Shown here piece after piece: positions 19,168-32,029 of a stretch of 64,000 nucleotides of DNA (its first letter is position 1; each line of letters begins with the position of its first letter). Origin of the DNA: an uncultured Gemmatimonadales bacterium. GTDB lineage: Bacteria; Gemmatimonadota; Gemmatimonadetes; Gemmatimonadales; GWC2-71-9. The notes beneath the pieces were generated by a model that was not told the origin of the DNA, made no database searches, and worked only from the letters and a program-made list of their open reading frames with translations. Made by a program: the position numbers and the translations under genes. The stretch is taken from the NCBI GenBank assembly GCA_963795085.1, contig CAWCFX010000001.1:96001-160000 (forward strand), written 5' to 3'.

Positions 19168-20198
19168 GACATTCCGCCCGTGGCCGCGGCTACCCGGTGC
19201 CGCGCCAGGATGCGGGCCCGGGGGTAGGCCCAGAGGCCGCGCCAGCAGTGTCCCCACATGCGGAGCAGGAGCGCGGCGGGGAGGGGATCCCGACCCAGGA
19301 GCCGGCGGACCAGCCGGACCCCGGGCTTGGCCAGGCGCCAGGCCAGAAAGGCCGCCACGCTCCAGCGGGCCCGTCCCCGGGTCCGGACCACCTGCTTCGC
19401 GAGCAGGGCGATCAGGGCGCGCTGGTGGCCCACGATCTGAGCTTCGGCCGCGGCCACGTCCTGGCGATGCTCGTGCCGGGCCACCGCGTCCGGCCGGTAC
19501 ACGATCTCGTGTCCGGCCTGCAGCATCCGCCAGAGCATATCGTGATCGCCGCCCCCCGGGAGCGCCTGCCCCAGGTCGAGGGCCTCGTCAAATCCGCCAA
19601 GCTCGCGGACTACATCCCGCCGCACCGCGAGGCTGCACCCGCTCCCGATGCTCACGGCCCAGGCGATCAGGGGCGCCGGGCGGCCATGCAGGGGCTGGCC
19701 ACGATCACGGGGCAACCGGATCTCGACTGTTCCGCGACTGAACCCGCCGTTCGCTTCGAAGAGCCGTTGGCCTTCCGTGTCCAGGGCGAACGCCTCGACC
19801 CGCCCGGTGCAGGCCGCGACCCCGGGCTGCTCCAGCAGCGGCTGCGCGGCGGCGATGGTCCACCCCGGGTCCGCGACGGCATCGTCGTCAAGGAAGAGGA
19901 CGATGTCCGAAATCGCCGACTCGATTGCACGATTCCGGGCGAAGTCCAGGCCGGGAATTGGTTCCCGCACTACCCGGATACGGGGGAACTCGCGGAGGAG
20001 CAACTCCCGGGTGGCCGGCGTCGAACCATTGTCCACCACCAGGATTTCCTCCGGAATCCCGACCTGCTCCTGGAGTGAGCGCAGGGTGCGGGCCAGCGAT
20101 GCCGGCCGATCGCGGGTGCAGACGGCCACGGTCACGGGAAGCGTTGCCGCATCCGACCTGGCGGGCTCGATCTCGAAAGGCGGGGCGCCCGGTGTCAT
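19164..20198 (-). CDS. GT2 family glycosyltransferase
   Basis: VAVCTRDR, VVDNGS, GLDFARN, FLDDDA, GGFDEAL. Confidence 0.9.
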   Translation of the reverse strand: MTPGAPPFEIEPARSDAATLPVTVAVCTRDRPASLARTLRSLQEQVGIPEEILVVDNGSTPATRELLLREFPRIRVVREPIPGLDFARNRAIESAISDIVLFLDDDAVADPGWTIAAAQPLLEQPGVAACTGRVEAFALDTEGQRLFEANGGFSRGTVEIRLPRDRGQPLHGRPAPLIAWAVSIGSGCSLAVRRDVVRELGGFDEALDLGQALPGGGDHDMLWRMLQAGHEIVYRPDAVARHEHRQDVAAAEAQIVGHQRALIALLAKQVVRTRGRARWSVAAFLAWRLAKPGVRLVRRLLGRDPLPAALLLRMWGHCWRGLWAYPRARILARHRVAAATGGMS

Positions 20199-20212
20199 TT
20201 CGCGGAGGATAC

Positions 20213-21172
20213 CTATCGCCACCGGGGCCGGGCCCCCGCCAACCCGGGTGAGCGGACCAGCCAGCGCCACCCTCCAAGCACAAATGCGGTGGCGTAGACC
20301 AGGCGGCTGAGGAGAATCATGGGAACAAATTGGAGGACGGCTGGCTTCTTCGCCATGAGCCATGTTCCCGTTATGTACCCGGTCTCCAGCAGGGCCAGGG
20401 GATAGGCCAGAACCAGGGCCAACGCAGGACTTCGGTATAGTGACGAAAGCCGAGCCGTGCCGCTCCCGCTTTTCGCTTCGAGGGCACTGTACCCCCAGCG
20501 ATAGGTGCGCCGGACCAGGTTGCCCAGTCCTGGACGATTGAAATGACGCGCCGCGGCGGAAGGCTCGAAATACAGCCGGACTCCGCGCCGGTCCAGGGCG
20601 GCCTGCCACTCGAGTTCCTCGTGCCCGTCGGCCACAGGGAGCCGTTCCGTGAACCCCGGGGTGGAACCGAATAGATCCTTGCGAACGCTCAGGTTGGCCG
20701 GTGTGTGGTGCCGCACCACGCCGGCCCCCCGGCGAGGATGGACGTGGTAGGCTGAGGCGTAATAGTCACCGCGCGCAGTCCAGCTGAGGCCGGGGGGAAG
20801 GGAAAGGGATCCTCCGACCATCGAATATCCCCGCCCATGAGCTTGCAAGTGCCCGTGGAGCCACCCCGCGTCCGGCAGGCAGTCCCCATCCAGAAAGAGC
20901 AGGATGTCTCCGGTCGCCTCCCTTGCGGCCAGGTTGCGCGCCGCGGCGGGGTTGCCTTCGCCGCCGCCGGTGGGGAGGACCCTGGCTCCTGCCCGGGCGG
21001 CCAGGGATGCCGTCCCGTCGGTTGATCCATCGTCCGCCACCAGGACTTCGACCCGCGAACCGCTTGCGGCCTGGTCCAGGACCGCTCGCACCACGGCATC
21101 GATTCGGGGTGCCTCGTTACGGGCAGGAATGATGACGGAAACCGCGAATGTTCGCTCAGTGTCAGTCGGCAC
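20213..21172 (-). CDS. GT2 family glycosyltransferase
   Basis: SVIIPARNE, ADDGSTDGT, AARN, FLDGDC. Confidence 0.9.
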   Translation of the reverse strand: MPTDTERTFAVSVIIPARNEAPRIDAVVRAVLDQAASGSRVEVLVADDGSTDGTASLAARAGARVLPTGGGEGNPAAARNLAAREATGDILLFLDGDCLPDAGWLHGHLQAHGRGYSMVGGSLSLPPGLSWTARGDYYASAYHVHPRRGAGVVRHHTPANLSVRKDLFGSTPGFTERLPVADGHEELEWQAALDRRGVRLYFEPSAAARHFNRPGLGNLVRRTYRWGYSALEAKSGSGTARLSSLYRSPALALVLAYPLALLETGYITGTWLMAKKPAVLQFVPMILLSRLVYATAFVLGGWRWLVRSPGLAGARPRWR

Positions 21173-22388
21173 GGTGACGCAGCGGCGGGACCGATTCGTA
21201 CAATTCATCGACCGACCGGACAAACGAACTCCACGCGAGGTGCTCCCGGGCGAATCCCTGTCCGGCGAGTGCCAGCCGGCCGGCTTTCTCCGGATCGCGC
21301 AGGAGCGCGACGATTGCCCGTCCCAGGGCCTGTTTGTCGGGGCCGACCAGCAGGGCTCGGTCCTGGGTCAGCACCGATCGGTGACTGGGTACGTCCGTCG
21401 CGACGATCGGGCGGCCGGCCGCCATATAGTCGAAAATCTTGAGGGGGAGGTTGCCGCCGAAGAGCCGGGGCGAGACCAGGACATCGGCCAGCGCCAGGTA
21501 CGGGGGAATCTGTTCCCGCGGCTGCCGCTCTATCAGCATGATCTGGGCACCCGGAATGCCGAGCGCCAGCTGCCTGATCCGGGCGGCGGCCGCTTCCCCG
21601 TCCATGCCGATCAGCAGGAAGACGGTGTCGGGCACCTTGCGCGCAACGTAGGGAGCCGCGCCGACCAGCAGGTGCAGGCCCTGGTAGGGCTCGAACGTCC
21701 CGCTGTAGACCACGACTTTCTGATCGAGGCGGATTCCCAGGGATCCGCGAAGCTCGGCCACCTTCGCCTCCTCCACGGGTTCGATCTCGCTGGAAAAGTG
21801 CCACTCCACGACGTGCGACCGCGGTGCCACGGCGCGCACCCGCTCGGCGAGGCCGGCGCTGCTAACCACCCTGGTGGCGTGGTTCAGAAGCCAGCGCTCT
21901 GCCCAGTTGAAAAAACTCCGGCATGCCCGGTTCCGGAACGGGGGAAGACTTCCCATCTGCTCCGCCATGCTGGAGTGCATGTCATAGATGACTGGAACCC
22001 CATACCGGGAGCCCCAGTATGCGGCCCCGAAGGCCGATTCTTCCAGCGCATGAACCGCCTGGTATCGCCCACTCGCCAGCAACCGACGCAGGCAGGCGAA
22101 GAGGCTGGTGTCCAGCAGGAGCTTCCGGATTGAGAAACCGATTGGAACCTGCCGGATCCGGAACGGGTTGGCCGAGCGATGGATATGAACTCCGGGCAGG
22201 GGGACCGGGTCGCCGATGGGGTAGGTGAGGACGTCCACTTCATGCCCCAGCTGAGTCAGGGCCTCGAGCACCTGGCGGACGCATATGGGAGTGCCCCGGT
22301 CGGCATAGAATGGCTCCGGCGCCACCACCAGGATCCGGCCAGTGGCCCCGGGCGCCGGAGCGTCCTGTGGTGCCGACGCGACACTCAC
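21162..22388 (-). CDS. GT4 family glycosyltransferase (start uncertain, alternative ATG 22472)
   Basis: RILVVAPEPF, YSGTFEPYQG, PLKIFDYMAAGRPIVATD. Confidence 0.88.
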   Translation of the reverse strand: MSVASAPQDAPAPGATGRILVVAPEPFYADRGTPICVRQVLEALTQLGHEVDVLTYPIGDPVPLPGVHIHRSANPFRIRQVPIGFSIRKLLLDTSLFACLRRLLASGRYQAVHALEESAFGAAYWGSRYGVPVIYDMHSSMAEQMGSLPPFRNRACRSFFNWAERWLLNHATRVVSSAGLAERVRAVAPRSHVVEWHFSSEIEPVEEAKVAELRGSLGIRLDQKVVVYSGTFEPYQGLHLLVGAAPYVARKVPDTVFLLIGMDGEAAAARIRQLALGIPGAQIMLIERQPREQIPPYLALADVLVSPRLFGGNLPLKIFDYMAAGRPIVATDVPSHRSVLTQDRALLVGPDKQALGRAIVALLRDPEKAGRLALAGQGFAREHLAWSSFVRSVDELYESVPPLRHRAD

Positions 22389-22657
22389 GGGGATACTGCG
22401 ATCCCGGGCCGTGCCCTGGTGGTGGCTGTGCTTCTTCCGCGCGAGGAGATGCGTCACCCGACTGGCCGGCATAAGTAACTATTTAACATAGACATAAGGT
22501 CCAAGGATCAAGCCAGGACACGCTGGTGTCGGCCTGAAAGATAGCCGGGTGTGGGGCCATACCGCTGAATATCCCGTGCCATTGATTGCGGTGCGGGGAT
22601 ATAGGTAGCCCCTATCCGTCCCATCGAGGCGGTGAATGGGAGGGCCGCGGTTCCGGT

Positions 22658-23575
22658 CTAGAAGCTTCGCTGGATCCGGATCAGCGCCAGCATCGCGCCG
22701 TGACGAACCAGAGGGCGGGGGCTTCGGAGTGCGGTGGTAATGGCTGGAAGGGCGGGACGGCCCTTGGCGACGAGCGCCTCAACGGCGGCATGGCGGATCA
22801 CCTCCGACGAATCGTCAAGGAGGCGAACCAGGGTGGTGGCGGCCATCCGGTTCGAAGGGTGGGAGGCACCCAGCCGCCGGATCGCCAGGACCCGGGTCTC
22901 AGGGTCGCTATCCAACAGTCCCTCGGTGAGCAGCAGATCCGGATCAGCCAGGACCCGGCGGGTGCCAATCCGGTCCACCGCCCACTGGGCCATGTGGCGG
23001 ACGTCGACAACGGAATCACTGCTGGCCAGGCTGGTGAGCTCGGCAACGGCACCGCTCGCGATGGGACCCATTTCACCCAGGCCATACGCCGCCCGGCGGC
23101 GGACGTTAGGGGAGCGGTTTTTCAGGGCCAGAACCAGCGGCTCCTGGGACTCCGGCCCGATGTGGGCCAGGGCCCACGCCGCTGTGAAACCGAGCGAATC
23201 GTCGCGGCCATTGAGATGCCGGGTGATGGCGGGGATAAAGGGAATGGCCTCGTCCCCGTATTGACCCAGCATGCCGAGTCCGCCCTGTTGTTCGGCACGG
23301 AAGGAGGAAGAAACCATGCGTCCCCAGTGCTCTACCGGAAGCCTGGGGCCTGCGGGGAGCGTGTCGGCACCATCGTTCGAACTCCCCGACCCGGCGCGAG
23401 CGGACGCATCCCCCTGGCGGCCGCCCGCGGCGCCACCCCCGCCGCGCCGGAGCGGGGCGCCCTGCCGGTCCACGGCGTTCCCGCCACTGCCCGCGTTGCC
23501 CCCCCTCCCCGGCGGGTCACCACAGTCCGTGACCGCCACGGCGCAGATCGCCAGCATCACGAACCGTTTCCACAT
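22658..23575 (-). CDS. Exported HEAT-repeat protein
   Basis: Signal peptide, Gly-rich linker, repeats VRRRAAYGLG / VRHMAQWAV / IRHAAVEAL / VRHGAMLAL. Confidence 0.8.
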   Translation of the reverse strand: MWKRFVMLAICAVAVTDCGDPPGRGGNAGSGGNAVDRQGAPLRRGGGGAAGGRQGDASARAGSGSSNDGADTLPAGPRLPVEHWGRMVSSSFRAEQQGGLGMLGQYGDEAIPFIPAITRHLNGRDDSLGFTAAWALAHIGPESQEPLVLALKNRSPNVRRRAAYGLGEMGPIASGAVAELTSLASSDSVVDVRHMAQWAVDRIGTRRVLADPDLLLTEGLLDSDPETRVLAIRRLGASHPSNRMAATTLVRLLDDSSEVIRHAAVEALVAKGRPALPAITTALRSPRPLVRHGAMLALIRIQRSF

Positions 23576-23584
23576 ACCGACCCT

Positions 23585-24748
23585 CTACCTGAGAAGCAGC
23601 TTCGCGATCGTCTGCAGCTGCATGTTGCTGGTGCCCTCGTAGATGGTGCCGATCTTGGCGTCCCGGTAGAACTTCTCCGCGGGGTACTCCCGGGTATATC
23701 CGTACCCGCCGAACAGCTCCAGGCTGAGCGACGTCACCCGCTCCGCCACCTGGGACGCAAACAGCTTCGCCATGGCGGCCTGCTGGGTGAAGTTCTGCCC
23801 GGTATCCCGGAGCCGGGCCGCGTTATACACCAGGCAACGGGCCGCCTCGAGGTCAGTCGCCGCCTGCGCCAGCTGGAACTGGACGCCCTGGAACTCGGCG
23901 ATGGCCTTGCCGAACGCCTTGCGTTCCTTGACATAGGCCACCGCGGCATCGAGCGCGCCCTGGGCCACGCCGATCATCTGGGCTCCGATACCGATCCGGC
24001 CCTCGTTCAGCGTTTCAATGGAGACCTTGTAGCCCTGGCCCACCGGGCCCAGCACGTTGCTGGCCGGCACCTGGCAGTCGTCCATGACCAGCTCCGTGGT
24101 GCTGGAGGCCTTGATCCCCAGTTTGTGCTCCCGCTTGCCGACCGAGAAACCCGGGAAGTCCCGTTCCACGATGAAGGCGGTGATGCCCTTATAACCCTTG
24201 GAGGGATCCACCGTGGCGAACACGATGAAGAACCCCGCCTCCGCCCCGTTGGTGATCCACATCTTGCTGCCGTTCAGGACCCAGTGGTCTCCCTTCTGGA
24301 GCGCCGACGTGGAGAGGGAAAACGCGTCGCTGCCGCTACCCGGCTCGGAGAGCGCATAGGCGCCCAGCAGATCGGTGGCCAGCCGGGGCAGGTAGCGCGC
24401 TTTCTGCTCGTCGTTGGCCCAGCGGATCACGCAGTTGTTGACCAGGGTATTGTGGACATCCACGTAGATCGCCGCCGCCGCGTCCACCCGGGACATCTCC
24501 TCGATGGCCAGGACGGACAGGAAGATCGAAGCGCCCGAGCCACCGTACTGCTCGGGGATCTCGATGCCCATGATGCCCAGCGCGAAGAACCGGGCGATCA
24601 GCTCGGGCTTAAAGGCGCCGGCCTCGTCCATCTCGTGGACATAGGGGCGAAGTTCGCTGTCGGCGAACTCACGAATGGTGGCCCGAAAGAGCTCTTCCTC
24701 TTCGGTAATGGTCGTCAGGGCACGGGGGGCGGCGGACAGGTCCTGCAT
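23585..24748 (-). CDS. Acyl-CoA dehydrogenase (short/branched-chain type)
   Basis: YALSEPGSGSD, GSKMWITN, LNEGRIGI, ERKAFG, FGGYGY, IYEGTSNMQ. Confidence 0.95.
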   Translation of the reverse strand: MQDLSAAPRALTTITEEEELFRATIREFADSELRPYVHEMDEAGAFKPELIARFFALGIMGIEIPEQYGGSGASIFLSVLAIEEMSRVDAAAAIYVDVHNTLVNNCVIRWANDEQKARYLPRLATDLLGAYALSEPGSGSDAFSLSTSALQKGDHWVLNGSKMWITNGAEAGFFIVFATVDPSKGYKGITAFIVERDFPGFSVGKREHKLGIKASSTTELVMDDCQVPASNVLGPVGQGYKVSIETLNEGRIGIGAQMIGVAQGALDAAVAYVKERKAFGKAIAEFQGVQFQLAQAATDLEAARCLVYNAARLRDTGQNFTQQAAMAKLFASQVAERVTSLSLELFGGYGYTREYPAEKFYRDAKIGTIYEGTSNMQLQTIAKLLLR

Positions 24749-24790
24749 GGGATCTCCGGGGTTGCTACGGTGGGGAGATAATAATCCTCT

Positions 24791-26635
24791 TCACCGCTCG
24801 ACCGCCAGCACGTTTTCGAGAACATCGAGCGCCACCGGGACTCTACCCAGCGGGGCGGCCACCTGGACGCCCTGGACCCGTCCCCGGATCTCCTCCAGCA
24901 TCTCGCGGGCAATCGCGACCCCTTCGGCCAGTGCCGCCTCCTTGCCCCGGTTGCTGGCCTGCCGCATCCGTCCCAGCACCGCCTCCGGGACGCTGACCCC
25001 GGGCACTTCGTTGGCCAGGAACTCCGCGTTGCGGAGCGACACCAGGGGCCAGATGCCGCCCACGATCGGCAGCTGGAACGGCGCCACCCGCTTGAGAAAG
25101 CGGTCGAACTGGGCCAGGTCGAAGACCGGCTGGGTGACCGCGAACTCGGCGCCCGCTTCCACCTTCCAGGCCAGCCGCCGCAGTTCCCGCTCCTGGTCGG
25201 CCGCGGTCGGGTTCACCCCGACGCCGATCACGAAGCTGGTCTGGCTGCCCAGGCTGTTGCCACCCGGATCGAGGCCCTGGTTGAGCCGGGAGACCAGGTT
25301 GGTGAGGCCGATCGAGTCGATGTCGAAGACGGCGGTCGCGTCGGGATAAGGCCCCATCTTGGGCGGGTCGCCCGTGATGATGAGGAGGTTCCGAAGATCG
25401 CCGGCCGCGGCGCTCAACAGGTCGGAGAGCATGCCCAGCAGGTTGCGGTCGCGGCAGCAGTAGTGCACCACCGCCTCGATCCCGACCTCGCGCTGGATGA
25501 GGAGCGCGGAGATCAGGGCTCCCATTCTGCTCTGGGCGCGGGGACCATCGGGAATATTCACGACATCCACGCCGGCCGCATGGAGCTGGCGGCACTGGGC
25601 AAACATCGGCTCCGGGTCGGTGCCCTTGGGGGGGACGATCTCGACCGCGGTGGTAAACAGTCCCCGGGCCAGCTTGGCGCCCAGCGCCGAACGGCTGGCG
25701 AGCGGCGTCGGCACGCTGCTGGCGGACTGCTGCACGGCAGGCGTCGTCGTGTGGTGATGGCGGGGGGACACGCTCTGCACGAACCCAACGATGGCGCGGA
25801 TGTGTTCGGGCGTGGTGCCGCAACACCCTCCAACGAACCGGGCGCCGGCTTCGACCATCCGGCGCGCATAGCTCGCCATGTACTCGGGCGAGGCCATGTA
25901 GATCTTGCGGTCGCCCACCGCCCGGGGCAGGCCGGCGTTGGGCTGGGCCGACAGCGGGACCGTCGTGCTCCGGGCCAGCGCCTCGATCGCTTCCAGCACG
26001 CCGTGGGGGCCGACGGAGCAGTTGACGCCGAGGACCTCCACCGGCATCGCCGCGATCGCGGGGCCGAAAACGGATGGATCGGTGCCATAGTGGGTGCGGC
26101 CATCCTCGCCGACCGTCATCTGGGCGACGATGGGCAGGTCGCTCAGGCCGCGCACCGCATCGACCGCGGCACGGAGTTCCTCCACGTCGCTGAAGGTTTC
26201 CAGGATGAACCCGTCAACCCCGCCCTCCAGGAGCCCGACTGCCTGGCGGGCAAAGGCCGCCACCGCCTCGGCCACCGAGGTCTCGCCGAACGGCTCGATC
26301 CGGATGCCCAGCGGGCCGATCGCGCCGAGCACCGCGGCGCGGTCTCCCGCGGCGTCTCGCGCCAGGGCGGCGGCGGCGGTATTGATCCGCTCGGTCTCGT
26401 CGGCGAGCCCATAGTGGGCCAGCTTCACCGGGTTGGCGCCAAAGGTGTTGGTTTCCAGGACTTCGGCGCCGGCCCGGGCGTACTCGCGGTGAATGTCCCG
26501 GATCAGGTCGGGCTGCCGCAGGTTTAGCTCGTCGTAACAGACGTTGACGAAGACGCCGCGGCCGTAGAGCACGGTGCCCATGGCCCCGTCGAAGACATGG
26601 ACCCGGCCATCGGCGAGGAGCTGGCGGAACCGCAT
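24791..26635 (-). CDS. yitJ: Bifunctional homocysteine S-methyltransferase / methylenetetrahydrofolate reductase
   Basis: [31 protein letters not shown] domain VEIVPPKG, CRDRN, ITGDPP, TQPVFD. Confidence 0.92.
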   Translation of the reverse strand: MRFRQLLADGRVHVFDGAMGTVLYGRGVFVNVCYDELNLRQPDLIRDIHREYARAGAEVLETNTFGANPVKLAHYGLADETERINTAAAALARDAAGDRAAVLGAIGPLGIRIEPFGETSVAEAVAAFARQAVGLLEGGVDGFILETFSDVEELRAAVDAVRGLSDLPIVAQMTVGEDGRTHYGTDPSVFGPAIAAMPVEVLGVNCSVGPHGVLEAIEALARSTTVPLSAQPNAGLPRAVGDRKIYMASPEYMASYARRMVEAGARFVGGCCGTTPEHIRAIVGFVQSVSPRHHHTTTPAVQQSASSVPTPLASRSALGAKLARGLFTTAVEIVPPKGTDPEPMFAQCRQLHAAGVDVVNIPDGPRAQSRMGALISALLIQREVGIEAVVHYCCRDRNLLGMLSDLLSAAAGDLRNLLIITGDPPKMGPYPDATAVFDIDSIGLTNLVSRLNQGLDPGGNSLGSQTSFVIGVGVNPTAADQERELRRLAWKVEAGAEFAVTQPVFDLAQFDRFLKRVAPFQLPIVGGIWPLVSLRNAEFLANEVPGVSVPEAVLGRMRQASNRGKEAALAEGVAIAREMLEEIRGRVQGVQVAAPLGRVPVALDVLENVLAVER

Positions 26636-26708
26636 CAGGCGGAACGGCCGACGGCGGGACGGGCTCGATAGTTTCTCACGCGCGGTCTCCCCTGGCAAAC
26701 GTCGTCAC

Positions 26709-26796
26709 ACTCACCCACTGACCCACTGACCTACTGACCTACTGACCCACTGACCCACTGACCTACTGACCCACTGACCTACTGACCCACTGACCT
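26709..26796. repeat. 8-bp tandem repeat ACTGACC(C/T), 10 perfect copies + 1 degenerate
   Basis: Counted directly; begins immediately after the metH stop. Confidence 0.95.
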
Positions 26797-26797
26797 A

Positions 26798-30517
<3,720 letters not shown>

Positions 30518-30534
30518 GGTCCCATGGGTCCAAG

Positions 30535-30564
30535 AAAAAAGCCCAGCTAAAACGAGGCTTGGGC
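30535..30564 (-). terminator. Intrinsic terminator of the metH leader
   Basis: Minus strand GCCCAAGC-CUCGUUUUA-GCUGGGC-UUUUUU. Confidence 0.8.
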
Positions 30565-30617
30565 GGCGTTTTAGCAATTTCTTTAACGTGGCTGCAATAG
30601 GCGCAAATCACCACGGC
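30565..30617 (-). ncRNA. SAM-II (SAM_alpha-type) riboswitch aptamer
   Basis: CCGUGGUGAUUUGCGCCUAUUGCAGCCACGUUAAAGAAAUUGCUAAAACG: P1 CGUGG/CCACG, UGAUUU loop, UUGCA, GCUAAA; upstream of metH. Confidence 0.88.
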
Positions 30618-30667
30618 TTCGGTTGTGCTCGTAAGGTAACCGGGAAGCAGGGCGGGTGGCCAGAGGG

Positions 30668-30973
30668 TCAGGGCCCGGGGAGCAGTAACTCGCGGGCCTG
30701 GCGGGGCGTCATTCCCCGCACCATCACCGTCTTGCGCCGGCTGGTTGCGCCGGCCGTAAACGTGATGCTGTCGCGGGGGACCTGGAGCCGTCGGGCGAGA
30801 AAGCGGACCAGGGTGTCATTGGCCTCTCCGTCCACCGGAGGAGCGGCGAGCCGGATTCGCAGCCGTCCGCCATGCAGTCCCGCGACTTCGCTGGCCGCTG
30901 CGCGGGGCTGGACCAGGATGTGGATACGAAGATCGTTGGCCAGCGGCTCGAAGGGAGGCGGATCAGATTCCAA
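30668..30973 (-). CDS. yggU: DUF167 family protein
   Basis: VQPRA, APPVDGEAN, GATSRRK. Confidence 0.9.
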   Translation of the reverse strand: MESDPPPFEPLANDLRIHILVQPRAAASEVAGLHGGRLRIRLAAPPVDGEANDTLVRFLARRLQVPRDSITFTAGATSRRKTVMVRGMTPRQARELLLPGP

Positions 30974-31550
30974 AGATGCCGCCCAGCACCAGGTGCCTGA
31001 GGAGGTAGAGCGCCAGCCAGGCCACCAGAGGACTCAGGTCGAAGAACCCCAGGGGCGGCAGCCGGCGCCGGATCGGTTCGACCATCCAGTCGGTCAGGGT
31101 GTACGCGATGCGCATCCAGCGGTTGTACCGTCCGATGCCGACCCAGGAGCCCAGCACCCGGAGGAAGAGCGCCGCCATGAGGACGAAATACACCAGGTCG
31201 AGAAGAAAACTGGCCCAGGCCCGGGGTCCCGCGCGGCCCAGGCCGGACACGTAGTACACGGTCCCGATGAGCCAGCGGAGAAAGGCCAGCAGCAGGAGCC
31301 CGGCGACCAGCACGATCCCGACCAGCCAGAGGGGCGCGTCCTGGGGGTTCCCGCCCCATCGAAGCACGTGCCGCTCGACCGGCCGGATAAATGGCTCGGC
31401 GAGCCTGCGGGTGGCCATGGCGATGGCGCCGAATGGTTTCAGCCTGCCGTGGCGGATGGCCCAGTACACCACCGCAATGAGAACGGTAGCAAAGAAGACG
31501 GCGGCCACGGCATACCGCGCAACGACCAGGATGGTTGACAGGGACGACAT
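30963..31550 (-). CDS. yggT: YggT family membrane protein
   Basis: LTDWMVEPIRRRLPPLGFFDLSPLVA. Confidence 0.88.
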   Translation of the reverse strand: MSSLSTILVVARYAVAAVFFATVLIAVVYWAIRHGRLKPFGAIAMATRRLAEPFIRPVERHVLRWGGNPQDAPLWLVGIVLVAGLLLLAFLRWLIGTVYYVSGLGRAGPRAWASFLLDLVYFVLMAALFLRVLGSWVGIGRYNRWMRIAYTLTDWMVEPIRRRLPPLGFFDLSPLVAWLALYLLRHLVLGGIFGI

Positions 31551-31561
31551 GCCGGGGAGGG

Positions 31562-32008
31562 TTAGCGGGAAACTCGAAGGGTGGTGGACCCGCCGGCGGC
31601 CAGGGTACAGGTGACGGCGAATTCGCCGCCGGACAGCGCGGCTTCTTCCAGGATGGCGCTGGTACCCCGGCAAGCGGAAAGGGTCCGGTTCGCGGTGCTG
31701 CGGAAACCGACCGAGATGGTCGGAACGGCACCGGCGACTGACAGGGAACGCGTGGTGGCCGGCGTCAGCTCGTCCACTCCGAGCTCCCGGAGGCTTCGGG
31801 GAAACCGGCCCCGGTGGGAGCTCCGGTAACTCATCGCCCGGTCGGTGAGATCGTAGATCTCCCGGCCCAGCGCCGCGGCGTCGGAGGCGGCACTGGAAAC
31901 GGCGGGGGCGCGGCCTCCAGCGGAAGCCGCGCCCGCCCCGGGTTGATCATCATGTCCGCACCCGGCGGCCATCAGCGCGCCGGCGAGCAGGAGCGTCAGT
32001 GTGCGCAC
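31562..32008 (-). CDS. Hypothetical lipoprotein
   Basis: Lipobox MAAGC. Confidence 0.7.
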   Translation of the reverse strand: MRTLTLLLAGALMAAGCGHDDQPGAGAASAGGRAPAVSSAASDAAALGREIYDLTDRAMSYRSSHRGRFPRSLRELGVDELTPATTRSLSVAGAVPTISVGFRSTANRTLSACRGTSAILEEAALSGGEFAVTCTLAAGGSTTLRVSR

Positions 32009-32029
32009 TATGCCCCCCGGATACTGCCC

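Noticed and set aside
22566..22583. Sigma54 promoter for the glycan locus (minus strand TGGCACG-GGAT-ATTC)
   Set aside because: The -24 box is perfect, but the -12 GC is missing and the site lies within a hairpin.
22586..24781. 731-aa plus-strand ORF (likewise 14455-16209, 28211-30550, 39801-41192, 52318-54231, 54388-56004)
   Set aside because: Antisense shadows of clear genes in high-GC DNA.
30518..30660. Cobalamin or SAM-I riboswitch before metH
   Set aside because: No B12 box or S-box motifs; the sequence fits SAM-II instead.
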